A DNA stretch of 64,000 nucleotides from Chrysomallon squamiferum (taxonomy: Eukaryota; Animalia; Mollusca). The position numbers and the translations under genes were made by a program. The stretch is from the NCBI GenBank assembly GCA_012295275.1, contig CM022670.1, positions 29,140,001 to 29,204,000 of the forward strand. Direction: 5' to 3'. The notes below the pieces were generated by a model. That model saw only the letters and a program-made list of their open reading frames with translations, made no database searches and was not told where the DNA came from. How positions within the stretch are numbered: the stretch's first letter is position 1; every line of letters starts with the position of its first letter. Of the stretch, positions 23,001 to 36,828 are shown piece by piece.

Positions 23001-26000
23001 TAGTGGACAGTTTATAAAAGAACATTTAATTATTACAAATGTCTCTGAAATTAGAAATATCACAGATAAAAAAGTTCAAACACTAAACATCATTATCTTG
23101 AAAGTATTTAAAAATCTCTAAAACCCGAATTATAAGGAAAGTATATTAATGTTGGCACTGAAAGGACTCAGAAATGAACGGATTTAAAGCTCACTTGATT
23201 GTTGTATGACATCTGCTTGTGATAGTGTTAGTGTTTCTGCTCCTGACGGTCGCTTGTTTCCTAGGGATGTTGGTGTGGGTGTACGTGAATGTGGTGGAGG
23301 TGTGGGTGTGGGTACTGGGGTTTGTGTTTTCTGACCAGCAGGCTGGGAAACAACAACAGTGGAGAAGATCTGCTGCTGAAGAGCTGATTAAAAACAATGA
23401 TATATTAAATATATTCAACAATGTTTCACATAATAAAATGTGGTTAAAAAAATGGTAACATTCTGAAAGAAAAAAAAACTTTCATCATGAATTTACAAAG
23501 TCAGGCAACAGGAATCAAATGCATGAGCAGTGAACAAAATATGTTAAGACATTTTATTTTATTAGTTAATTATGCTACTTTAATTTTATGTTTATCACAG
23601 AACAATGGAAAAAATGTTTTAAGGAGACATACCAGCTGTTGATGTAGGTATAGATATAGGACTTGGACTGCTAGTTGATCTGAACAAAAAGATAAGAATT
23701 CCTGAATTATTACAATACACCTCATTCAACTATGAATACTTCAGCTACATTAACAAATTATATTTAAACACAGAAAGGAAGTCTGCCAATTAATAAAATT
23801 GTTAATTTGGAAATCATCGATAATTTCAGCCAGTGGAATAAAAAACAAAATGGAATAATAAAATATTCAATAGTTCATACATAACAGATAACCCAACATT
23901 TTCTCAAGGCTAAAACAAGAATGGTTTGCATATAAATTCACAATACCAGCATGGATTTGGAGTCCACATTTTGATAAAATAATTTCTTATTATAAATCAG
24001 AAGTAACTTTTTGTATCATCATAAAATTATATCCAACAATTAATCCCATATTAAGTATATAAAAATATGGTATACCTTATCTGACCAGTGTGAAATGTTT
24101 TTACTCTCTGTGTAGATTGATTGCTAGCTACAGCTGCTGTCTGCTGACCTACCAAATTATGACCTGAGTGGACAGTTGAATCTAATGTTTGAAAACAAAA
24201 ATATTTGTTAAAATTCATATAAATAAACTTCTCTCTGGGTCAGATCTGAGTTAAACAAAAAAAAACATTTCAAAAGAGTGCATACAAATCAAAATGAAAT
24301 GTGTAAAATAAAATATTTTTAGTTCAGTTTTAAAAAGTTCAGTTTATTAAATGATTGAAACTAGAAATGCAGGAAATACATCTATGACTGATCTTTCTAT
24401 CTGGTGTTTAGAAAAAGAATTACTCGCAAATACAAAATTAATCTGACGTGCTTCAAAAAGATTTTTTTTTTAAATTACGAACTACCAAAAATTAACAAAA
24501 CACTCACTAGCAGAGAGTGTTGCAGACTGTGATGTAGTGAGACTGGGAGCTATGGTAACATTGCCAGGGGTACCTATTGATAAAGACAACTGAATGGGAA
24601 CATTTCGTTTGTTGCACAATCCACTTGCTGTTGATGCTTCATTCTGAAAATATATAATGAGTCATTACATATCTGTCAGTTTATTTTATCTGCAAAATAT
24701 TCCAGATAACAATGACAAATTTAAAAGAAATTTAAATAATACTTTTAATGTGTGTCTTTTATTTATATATATATTTTAATAAACAAATATTTATGTAAAT
24801 ATTTTAAAATGTTTTTATATTGTGATTGAAAAACTTAGTCAAAACACTGTAATGACATTTTGAAAAGTTAACAGAATTTCAACTGATCAATGTCATTGTT
24901 TTCTTATAAGATATATCAGCTTCAAATCACATTTAAAAAAAATGGTTAAAACTGTAATGTAACAAAAAGCTTCACAGTTCAGTAGACCCATTATCAGTTC
25001 TGTAGCAGCTGTAATTTAAGATTTCAGCTGAACTTAAGTATGTACAAAACTACTAACTTTACACTTAACTTGCGATACACTTTTCAAGACTGATTAATTC
25101 TGAATTAAAATTTGAAAGCTTACTAAGAAATAAACAAAACAAATATAATTTGAACACTTAATACGAAATAAACACACCATGTGAACTGTACAGAATTAAA
25201 CAAACATGCAAAACCAGTGACAAAATCTGCATAATCTGTTTTCTGAAATTGTCTTTTAAAGTTTTACATAAAGGCTACAAGGGCTTATCATTTACCATAA
25301 GCAGGACAGCACACACCAAAGAATTTGGTTATACCAGTCAGATGAATCACTGGTTGGCTCAGTTAAACCCCAATAATCCTAAGACCTCTATTGCTTCAGA
25401 CTTAAAATCTGCCAGTGAGCTAAATCACGCTCCATCTGGAAGGAGACAAATATTTTAGATCAGCCCAACTTACTTTACATTCAGTGAAACATATAAACAA
25501 TACACAGGCAGAACAGGCTCATAAAGCAAGAGGTCTTATCGTAACAGAAAAGATTACCCTTTTGATCAAATACAATAAGTAGGACAGAAAGCCTACAATG
25601 ACTTTTGTAATTCTGAACCATAACAAAATCAGTTACAAATACCAATTTAAAAAAACGACAACTACAGGTTCATCCCAGATACTGAAAATAACTCTGAGGG
25701 AACAATGGTTTATCAGTGTCAGATCCCATCAGAGAGAATGAAACTATTATACTTAGATGTCATTTCAAACACACAGTTAAGGCATTCTGAAAATCCCAGC
25801 TGCCACAGTTCTCTGATATACAACCAATCAGAAGATTTTCACAGATTACTTTCTTTTCAATGGCAACACAATCACAGCTTTTTTTTTTTCCATTTACAAT
25901 TTGGCGATACAGAGGAACTTTAATATCATTGCCATCCTGTTCTTTTTCACTGCTGTTTTAATGTTTCTGTTTATATAGTTACCTGTGTCGTTATGGTTGC

Positions 26001-26238
26001 AGCAACACTAGTCTGCTGTTTCAGCAAAGCCTGGGCGTTGGTTATCTGAATCGTTGTGGCAGAGCTGGTGCTAACAGGCTGCATATTCTGTGTGAAAATA
26101 ACACTTGGTGGCTGGTTAGGTTTCTGAGTTGTGATCTTCGCAGCCTTCCTTCCTTCTTCAGTGAACAGTTCTTTGAACTGCTCCAGATATCTTTGAAATG
26201 AAAAAAAAATACATTACAACACAAACACACACCCATAT

Positions 26239-26300
<62 letters not shown>

Positions 26301-28921
26301 TTATGATGGATGGAAAATAATGAATTTACAACTATTATATGCTGAATACTGATTATTCATGATTTAATATATATACCATCTTTAGTGTACACAAAAAAAA
26401 CCTACAAGGATCAGGTATTTTATTACTAAAACAGTCTGATATAAAAAAGAAGAAAAAAGTATAGGCTACTTGTTCTATCTTATAAATAAAATTTAATCAC
26501 CAATGTTTAGTATGGTTATGATTTATAAAATATAATTAATATTTTAACTCATGATTTTACAGACTTTCTTTGAGCTGATTAAACAGAATAAATCATTTGA
26601 TAATTCACTGTTACCTAACCAAATCAAAATAAAATCATTTTATTAATAAACACTCTTTAAACGGTTACTGTGCATTCTTAGTTAAACAAATTACTCACTT
26701 ATCAACCTTTTCTCGAGATCCAAGGGGAAACCTGAAAAATTAAATGAGCAATTATAAATAAAAACATCAAAATACACAGTTGAAATAAAATATTAACATA
26801 TTTCACAATGTCAGTTTTATAAATTCATTGAAAACATTAATTTTATACAATTTACATTTTTAAATATTTCTTTATTTTTACACACAATATCATATTCATT
26901 AAGTTTAGACACACACACACACACGATTAACAGGCAGGCGGTTTAAGGATTTCATTAAAAGAGGATAATCAATATTATGACAGTTGGTTCTACTTCAATC
27001 TGATATGAATTCAATTATAAAGAAGAAATGAACTGACAGACAAAAAACAGTAATCAAGCACCAGCCTAGTTATCTCTGTATAACACAGATATGATATGAC
27101 ACACAGAAAAGATACTTTTCACCACATGATATGATAAATTATACATTGATGAAGTTCTTCCTTAACTAAATTTGATAGTTATTAATTAGAAAAATATTTG
27201 AATTCAATCAGAATTAAATATTTCTTTTAAAATGTAAATCTAATTAATGTCAAATTATTAGTTTCAGATATAGCATAAATAAAAAAATAAAAAAATAAAA
27301 AAATATAATAATAATAATACATATATAATATATCTATATATTTTAAATTAGTAATGTTCAAGTATAAAAACAGTAGAGACTGTATAAGAAAATTATGTAA
27401 ATTAATGCTTGTATATGATTGTATCAAGTGTATTAACTCACTTGCAGACATTTCCATCACTCTGTTTATCAGTAGTGAAGTTATGGTCGAGATAGAGTTC
27501 ACCAAACAAGATGTTTGTCACTGGGTTTTGATATATTGAGATCTTAGCCATTATCCTGTGGTCTTGAGTAGGGTCTCGTTCCAGTGTGTGTTCTTCAATT
27601 AAAACCTGAAAAGAAAAATAATCTTCTTTAGTAAATGCCTAAAATTCTTATAAATAAAAAGTATGAAATAATGGGTCATTTAATAACTTAACCATCAACT
27701 AATTTATCACATGAGAAATTTATTCTTTTCATTAACTGCACAAAAGTATGTTTGTGTTTCTGCTAGATTTATGAAAATAATATTGCTTAATCAAACTGAC
27801 ATTTTATAAATAACATCATATCTCACGACACTTGTCTTACCAGTGGTTGATTTGCTGATGATAGGGATGGCTTCTCTATGACTTTGGCAAACTTGTTAAC
27901 CTGCAAAATCGTAAATCATAAGCAACTGCAAGACACTGTGGAAGCAAAGGGACAAGAAAATAAAAAGAAACCAATTACTGATAACAAACCAATTCAGACT
28001 GAGAAATCTCTGAGCTAGTGTGGAAATACTGTATTCTGGGTTATAAATAAAATTAATTTCAAAGCAAAATCAATCGTAAGGTTGTATTTATAACATATAT
28101 CACCTATGCAATGTATCACCTAGATATTTTTATTCAAATTCAAAAAATATAATATGAAAAACATAACACATATTTCTAAAGTCTACAGTAAAGAGATGTT
28201 TGTAAACATTTCTGGTAATTTTGGTTTTTAAAAGTTTTGTACGTACCTCAACTGACTCTGGGGCCTGTAACTGCACAATTTTCTGTTTCCACATATCAAC
28301 ATTCTGGAATAACAGTGGATATTTAGTCTATGATTTCTTACAATAAGGGGATTAGAAGGTGTAACATTTAACTACACAGTTTTAAATAATATAATTGATC
28401 ATGTTTTTAAAACTGTTTGCTCAGGATGTTATAAAAACATTTTCATTTACTATCATATCAATATATTTTTAACATTTTATTCTTTTTGATGATTTTCATC
28501 AGTTATAACAAAATTTTCATAAATGCTCGCACAAAATATGTATTAAATTTAATATTTTCAGAAATCATTTACAGTCAAAATTAAACTAATCTGTAGAATA
28601 AATTTTAAAATAAAAATCTATGTTGAAATATATTTAACTAATCAAAGTTAGGGTAATGCACACATACAAAACATACAGACACACACATATAAATCTTAAA
28701 ATAATATCAATTACTTGATACATACTGATTTGGCTACTTTTAAGTTAACAGGAGGTGTTGCCCTATTTCTCTCCCTCTTACGATGAAGAAAATCAAATAA
28801 CTTGAGTTCTTTAGGAGCTGGGGTCTGTTCTAATTTTCTCTTCTTATTAATAGCTGCCTGGCTGTATTTACATACTGACCTGAAAAATAAATAAAATAAA
28901 ATAAAAAATAAAATAAAAAAC

Positions 28922-28985
<64 letters not shown>

Positions 28986-31900
28986 AAAGAAAAACAGTTA
29001 AACGTCTTCACTTATTAGATTAATCTTTAATTCCATAAAATAATTCTGTAAATAATTTATTTTCTGAAACATTTTCTTTAGTTTTACATTTAATTTTTTT
29101 TCATTGTAATATAATTCCTACCTTTTATATCTGAGTCAAGTGAATATTATCTTCTGTTCAACTTTATTAAATGTGTTGTTTTGATTTCTACAACTGATGA
29201 TTTTTATCCTGAACAACTGTCTTTTCTTTTACGTTAAAATATATTATACAGTAATGTAACAATTAATTTAAATATAAACAGCAAAGACACTTAATTAACT
29301 GTGTCATGAACTAATTATCACAGAATAACCTGCCTTTTTAAAATTGGGTTATTCAGCTGTTTCTGATCAAATTGGAGTCTGTTGCTGATGAACAACACTG
29401 CAGGTGAAGGGTCAAGACACAGAGGCTCTTCTGTTTCTAACAGCAACCGACTTTCCAGCTGGAATATATCGTCCTGTGTCCAGCAATGTCCATCATTTGT
29501 AATGGCATTTATATCACAGAGCAGAGACTGTAACACAACAATAGCAAACAAGTCTTTTAAGTCAAAAAAAGAAATAGAACCAAAGTATTTGCTTTATCAT
29601 AATTCAGATTAGATATAATTTAATTTTTGAAAAAAGAAATAGAACCAAAGTATTTGCTTTATCATAATTCAGATTAGATATAATTTAATTTTTGAGATTT
29701 TTTTCTCTTTAAGAGAAAAAAAAACATCACTGCTTGATCATAATCCAGATTATTTTAGTAAATAATATTTTGTAAAACAAATTTTTTACTTCTCATGGGA
29801 TTTTTCAATAAATGTTATAGTTTATGGAACAAAACCTAAATTTTAGTAAAGAAATCTATCATTGTGTTTATATAACCAATATTTGAACATTCTGAATTTT
29901 AATTTTTAAGAATGTCATGAATGTTATATCAGCATTTTCTTCTCAGCTAAAATAATTCTCACCAAGAACTTTATTATTCACATTATCTGTTAACTAACTT
30001 TCAAGATAAAATTTTAAAATTCTTTGTACCTGAGGGGTTGGTTTGAGCAAAATATACTGGGAATCATGTTCATGCATTGCACTTGTTGAACGTCGGAAAT
30101 CTCGTATCTCTACTATTACACACCCACTGTAGAAAAAATTCACCTAAAAAAAAGGAAATGAACCTACAAACAATATTTTACATTTTTTAAACAAAAATGT
30201 TCACTCAGTTATTTATTTAACTTCAATATATTGATTTGTTTTTATAACTAGAAAACTTTCTTATATTACTGTCTTGAAAATTCCCTTTTATTTCAGTTAA
30301 TCACAAAAAACACAAACACCCATATACATGTTTTCTAAACCGTAAGAAAATCAATATATTTGCTCTTTCTCAAGTCTTTTATAATCTAATTGAATAATAC
30401 AGTAATTTTATAGCTCTACCAGAATAAATACTTAACAGTACTTTTCAAATAATTTCTGATATATTAATGATTTAATTCAAATTCTTCGTACCTGAGCTTT
30501 CTCTAACAGATCTATTAAAAATGGAGGTAACTGCAAAAAAATAAATATTCATGATTTGAATTATTTGTAAATAATTTTTAATGAAAATCTATATTAAAAG
30601 AACAATAAATAGGGTTTTAAAGGTGCTATTTTTATTACCAGGAATAGCAGTACTAAACAGTAAACAGTAGATCAGAACAACAAAGCTGATGAAATAAAAA
30701 AAAACGTAAGAAGTATGTCTTTTATGACCTTATCATAAATATTTAATTTAGTCATAAATATTTTATAAAATATCTGGTCAGTTATTGATTTAGTCTTTTT
30801 CTTTGCACAATTCCAAAATAATAGTATACTACAACAGCACAAAATATACTGTTGAAAGATTTTTTTTTTGTTAAATATTTTCATAATTAGTTTTTTTTAA
30901 ATATATATATAAAAACCAAAATGTCAGTAAAATACCTGAGCAGCATCGATGTATTCTAATAGATCAGATTCCTAAAACACACACAATAAAACATTTTATG
31001 AAAGGATTTAAGTTAAAAGAACTTCCAAGAATACACTGATGAAACACAAACGTTTTGATTTGGTGATAATGTATTGATAGAGCAAGCAGTTACAACACCA
31101 GTCACCAGAATTGGTCAATTAGCCATAACAATTTGAGTCTGTATTTCATTATTTCACCGGATTTGTTTATGTGTGGAATATTTTACTTTTTGTGTTCAAA
31201 TGCAAATTCCAGATTTTGTTGAAAGAAGTTCATTATGATTTATTAGTTATATCCAACATATTTAAAAATCAAAGAAACTGATTAAAATAAATAATATGCA
31301 TCTCACTAAAAGTACTATATTTTCTTATTGTTTTACAACATACTCAAAATATTTAGTTAAAATAAATCATTTAAATACAAATTAGTTATTATTCTTTAAA
31401 AAGTTAACATTTATTGTCAAAAGTAACATAAAATAATCAAAAGAAAAAGCTACTACCTCATATGGAAGTTTAATGGTCTCTGACTCTATGCCATTTCTAG
31501 CTTTCAAAACAAGAGAATAGCCTTCATTCGCTGGATTCAGATTTACAATAAGGCAGTTGAGTTTTTCTCGTTTCATTAATTTTGCCAGAATATGACTAGC
31601 ATAACAAAGATCCTGTGGAGTAAACCATGTTAAAATATAGACAAAAATAAATAAATAATAATAATTTTAAAAAAATGAATAACACTAAATCTGTTTTTGA
31701 AAATTTAACTTACTTAAATGTAAGATAAATGTATAATTGAAGCATTTTTATTTTTGTATTTCTCACATTAAAGTGAAAAATATTACTGAATATATGAAAT
31801 TTATCTTCAGATTAAACTTATAATTTTATATGAAATATAAAACACATCATTTATCAAATCAGACTGGCTAAATCACACACTAATTATCTACCTTGTGTTC

Positions 31901-32715
31901 CGGTTGCTTTTCACATTCTTCTATGTACAGTTCTAGCAACTTCTGATGAATTGATTTCCTAACAATTTTTTTTAAATAAACAAAAATATAATTTATGCTT
32001 TTGATTTATGTTAATCCTTTACATTTACAGGTGTATGTGGTTTAATTTAACATAACTGGTTATTTCCAATTATAAATAAAAATAAAATAGTGATTTATTA
32101 TTCAATTTCTAAACAATTGTTTATTAACATACACACAATTTTATTTCTTATTTCAGTCTTTTTCTTCATTAAAACTGACTTATCTTTTACAGTTTCTTCA
32201 AATATATATACCAATTTGATTTCTTTTCTTTTTCTTTTTTTTATATAATTTTTTAATAACTTCAAAACTCACCCTTTGATGATTCCAGGATTAGCTGCAG
32301 CACAGAGCAACCCCTTTGGATACTGTTTGCTGCATTCTATCAGGTACTAATAAATAATATATAAAAATAAAAATCACTTGTCATCTTATCTATCATTATT
32401 TAACTATATCTTTAGTTTACATAATGAAAAATAAGAAAAGGTTGGTTTTTTAATGTCATTTGCTACAGTTTTGTGATTCACAAATTCCAAAAACTATTAT
32501 TTAAACATGATACATTTTTTTAAAACCACAACCCATCATATTCTGTTTTCAAAATTAATTAATTTATCAAAAACAAATAAAAATATCTTACTAGCATTAT
32601 ATAATTATAATAATATACATTTCCTTTTTAATCAGTTTATATAAATTATGTAAGTTCAAGTATTTCTATTTCATACCCCTGCATAAGCTACATCTCTTTC
32701 CAGACTGCCAGCCAT
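20069..32715 (-). CDS. SUPT20H: Transcription factor SPT20 homolog (SAGA complex subunit), multi-exon
   Basis: Phase-consistent exons 32715-32677 ([13 protein letters not shown]), 32346-32273, 31958-31892 ([22 protein letters not shown]), 31612-31457 ([34 protein letters not shown]), 30971-30936, 30530-30492 ([13 protein letters not shown]), 30143-30030 ([17 protein letters not shown]), 29527-29334 ([15 protein letters not shown]), 28879-28726, 28303-28247, 27900-27841, 27605-27442, 26731-26699 (FPLGS), 26190-25983 ([14 protein letters not shown]). About 10 further low-complexity S/T/Q-rich exons run down to 20373-20069 (boundaries less rigorously checked). Motifs match the Spt20 domain of animal SUPT20H/FAM48A. 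Confidence 0.93.
25270..25433 (-). mobile_element. Decayed tRNA-derived SINE fragment
   Basis: Minus strand begins GGAGCGTGATTTAGCTCACTGG (A-box-like) and continues ..GACTGGTATAACCAAA..GGTGTGTGCTGTCCTG, similar to 42665-42830. Confidence 0.5.
29566..29695. repeat. Perfect 65-bp tandem duplication in a SUPT20H intron
   Basis: 29566-29630 is identical to 29631-29695 (AAAAAGAAATAGAACC...TAATTTTTGA). Confidence 0.9.
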
Positions 32716-33552
32716 GAAAATCTTCAGCTACATAAACATGTTCATACCAATTATAACCATCTATGTAAAATGTAACTGAAAAATATACATTAATAAAAAT
32801 GTCACACGATAGTAAATAATCATTATAAAATTATTATTTCTTTTTCAGGGAGTAGTGGATTATTTTCTCTGGTTTATCTTGAAGACATTTCTATTGGAAT
32901 CACGCAATTTTTTTACTAAAAATCTAACTAGACACTGTGTATATAAATCTCTGTCTTAGTTTTCTTTCTTTATTTATTTATTTTGATAAAACTGTGTCAG
33001 TGATGATAAAAACAAAAATATCGTTAATCTTGACAAGCAAAACACGACTTTTTATAAACTCTGACATTTCATACATTATTTTTATTTTTGCATTAACCAT
33101 AAATTAAGAAGTCATAGCACTTGAGGAGGTAAATTGAATTTGTCAAAAGATAAACGAAATAAACAGAATAGTCTAATATACTAATTAACACAAAGCTAAA
33201 TGAGTAAATACTAAATAAACACGAGTGTTTCCAATATATTACTGTTTAATGCATTTAATAAACACTGTATATCTTTTTAATATATGGATTATCTAAATAT
33301 GACAAAGGTGTGCTTATTAAATTAATTCTTGTATTGAAACAAATGATTTTGCTGTCATTTCATAACACTGCGTAACTCCTCACTCTGGACGAGTCAAAGG
33401 CACTGGCAGTGGCAGCCAAAATCATTGTTACCTTCAAACACGTACGCTAAAGTAATGATCTTGTATTTTAATAATAGAAATAACACAAGCAACCGTAGAT
33501 AAATGACTAAATATGAGGGAGCTATTACATATAGGGAATTTTAATTGATTAC

Positions 33553-33700
33553 CTTTTTGGGCTACTTAACATTTCGACAATTTGCCATTTACTCTAACAT
33601 TTTTGTACCGGAAACACATAAGATGAGTAGCTTCCCTTTATGAACAAAATAACGGGATTAAAGAGCTAGCTAACTGAATGGGTTTGCGGTCGATAAGAAA
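33553..33700 (-). promoter_or_regulatory. Probable SUPT20H promoter / non-coding first exon
   Basis: Minus-strand donor AAG|GTAATC with exon end at 33553, local CpG enrichment and an ETS-like ACCGGAAA at ~33607-33614, upstream of the ATG exon. Confidence 0.4.
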
Positions 33701-34127
33701 ATAGGATTTTTTTTTATTATTATTATTATTAATTTTTTTTTTTTAAACTGTTATTTTAATACGATTACGGAATCAAATAAACAGAAGTTTGCCGAAGAGC
33801 TTGGGTAGAACAAAATAATAATACTATAAATAAATAAAACAATATAAAATAAGACGAAGAAGAAAGAAACAAATTTATAACTTGTTAATATCAATAAACA
33901 TTTGTACTCTAGTAAATGTAATAAAAACTACCCATCACCACAACGCTGTTGTGACACCTGTACACCAAGGAACAAATGGCATATTTATTTGTTTGATAAT
34001 ACACATTTTAATTGTTTAATTTATTATTACTTCTGTATTTTTTTATTGTTATTATTTAAGTTTTTATTTATTTATTTATTTATTTTTATTATTTTTTTTT
34101 TTTTTTTTTTTTTATTTGTGTGTGTGT

Positions 34128-34406
34128 CATGTAACTACACTCTTTTTTAAATGGGGCAAAAACACTTAATCGCCGAAGGTTCAAAACAATTTGGGCGAGG
34201 GGTATCCGACTTGAAAGACGCAAAATCCTAGCTGAGTAATCACAACTCTTTTTTTTTATTATTTAATTTTTGTATTTTCTATTTCATTCAATGGATCATT
34301 TTTTTCTATCAGAATAGAGATTTATATTTTATATTTTTAAACAAAATCTTTGTATATAAAAAAATATTTTTAAAAAAATCGTCAATTTGTCTCAATGTAC
34401 TTACGG

Positions 34407-34408
<2 letters not shown>
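34128..34408 (+). mobile_element. Degenerate copy of the CAT-ended MITE-like family
   Basis: Shares GCAAAAACAC(T/C)TAA, AATTTG(G/A)GCGAGGGGT, AATAGAGAT.TAT..TT.TATT.TTTAAA.AAAATC and the terminal ATTTG(T/C)CTCA.TG.A.TTACGG with 34787-35110. Confidence 0.6.
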
Positions 34409-34452
<44 letters not shown>

Positions 34453-34786
34453 TTCAAATTATTATTATTTACTGTTACCATGTATTAGTATTATTGTTCT
34501 GAATACAGAGTGATATGAGAAATGGAACCCGCTACGACAAAGTAATGACTTTGATAGCTCCAGACGGAAAATTAGCCTATCCGGTGGTCATGCCAAGAAA
34601 GACCAATGTAGTGACCTACTTCGACTGATGCTAAAGCGCTTTATCAACACTAACGATAATTATTTTAATTTTAAGTGATACAGATAATATTACGTTATAG
34701 ATGAATTTTAATAATAATAATATAATATAATATCGTAAATGTTCAAAATAGTACATTAAAAAAAAAAAAACAAAAAACCAACAAAT

Positions 34787-35110
34787 CATTGCCGTAACTA
34801 GACTTTTTGAAATGAGGCAAAAACACCTAAAAAATTTGAGCGAGGGGTCTGGGGGGAGGGGAGGGCTAGCTTAGGCCACCAGAAACTCGATTCTATTGAT
34901 TTCCTGTTTGATGACTGATGTCTTTCATCGCAACGGTGTCGGTAAACTTCAAACGGTAACCGTAGACATAAATGAATTCATTCAGTTCATATCGCTTGCA
35001 TTTGAATAGAGATATATTTTATATTCTTTTAAATAAAATCATTGTGCGTATATATATATATCCTCTGTTTCGGTATGAGGCATTTGCCTCAGTGCAGTTA
35101 CGGCCATATG
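34787..35110 (+). mobile_element. MITE-like element with short TIRs
   Basis: CATTGCCGTAACT ... AGTTACGGCCATATG inverted ends; three related copies in the window. Confidence 0.65.
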
Positions 35111-36828
35111 ATTTAAAACAAGAAGCAGAAAATAAATAAATAAAAGGAATTGATTAAATTGTATTATATATGTAATATGGTTTCTGGATTTTCGTGGTTC
35201 TGCTGTATAAATTAAACGTCAACCAGATCAAAACGTGTATTAAAATAATAAACAAACAAACAAAATAAGTAAATCAATATATATAAAACTTTCCCTATCC
35301 GTGACATAATCCGTTCATCACAGCAATAAGCAGAACTGGAGACGTAGGTTTTCAGTTCTGTAAAAAAACAGCACGAGATGAATCACGTAAATATATAATC
35401 AAATAAAATTATACATCAATATTTTTCGGTGAAAATTTTGTCAGTTGTCAATGAAAAAGAAAATAATAAACTTGTATGAATTTAAATAGCCATTTAAACA
35501 GTGTATGTGCGTAAATGCATATTGAAAGAAAATCAATCCTATTTTATTAAAAATTAGTTTATCGTTTTATTTTGGGCGTATTTGTGCTTTATGAAGTTTT
35601 TTTTTTTTTTTTTTATCAAAATAGCGGAAAAAAACAAAACAAAAAAAACAATCTGCACGAAACCCATGCAAAAATCGTGCAAAATTCGCGAGGTCATTTT
35701 GGGGCTGGAGATTTAAAATAAGAGAGTTCTGATGTTGACCTCACGATATACTGTCATGCCGTATTGTGTGTGAAATGGTCTCACCTAGAACATGCCAAAG
35801 AAGCTGACCAGTGTCCAACAAATGTCTAAACAGACATCGTTGTTTCGATTACGCGACTATGAAATTATAATAAAAATATTTCTGACAGATCTGAGAGAGA
35901 TAACGGATTCACAAATTCATACGCAACTACTGTAATTTATGCAATTAAAAACAACAACAACAACAAAAAACACCATAATATTTGATGAAGAAAACAGCGC
36001 TGATTGGTACTCAGGAACAGGATTCAACAAGGAGTAGCCATAATTTTGTATCTGACAATAAAATTATGTCCACTTGTTTTGTACTCTAACTCTGTTGCCA
36101 CACGAATCGCACCATTCAGTTTTTCGCAGCTGGACAAATGAATCACTGACATGCATCTATATGCATTTCCCTTTACGTTTATTCCGCTCTTGGAATTTTA
36201 TGAAGAGTGACAAGTATATCATTACATTAGTACTTTTCCTAATTTTGATAACTGATCATTAAAGGAAAGGAATTTTCGGGTAAACACAATCCAACATTTT
36301 AATATTTCAGCACTATACGATTCACACGTTGTACGGTATTTATGAAATGATCTTGAGAAGACACACGATGGTTAACATTCACCAGTTTAAGAGAACTTTG
36401 TTAAAATAATGCCAAAGCAAACACATTTTTGTTGTCTAACGTGTCTTCAGTTTAAACTTTCTATCGGAATAAACTACCGTTACTTATTAGAAACCACTCC
36501 TCCGCCATCCCCCCAAAAGTTGATGTATTTATTTATTTCTATATAATTTCATCATTTAAATAATAATAATAATATTAATGACTCATATTCGTGTCATTTT
36601 GACTGCTTATTCTTTGACCCTAATTGTTACAAATGTACAAATCAGAAAGTTCATCTTTGGTCTCAGATGTATCTAGTTCCGTTTTCTGTCAGAAATGTAA
36701 ATTACATCACTTTGATAAGTGAATTGACCAATGAGATCATAGTACAAGTCAAGCGCTCGTGCAAACAGACGAACAGTTTATTTCATGTGCATTTTGTCGG
36801 GTAAAGTAGACGAAAAGTTAATAAATAA

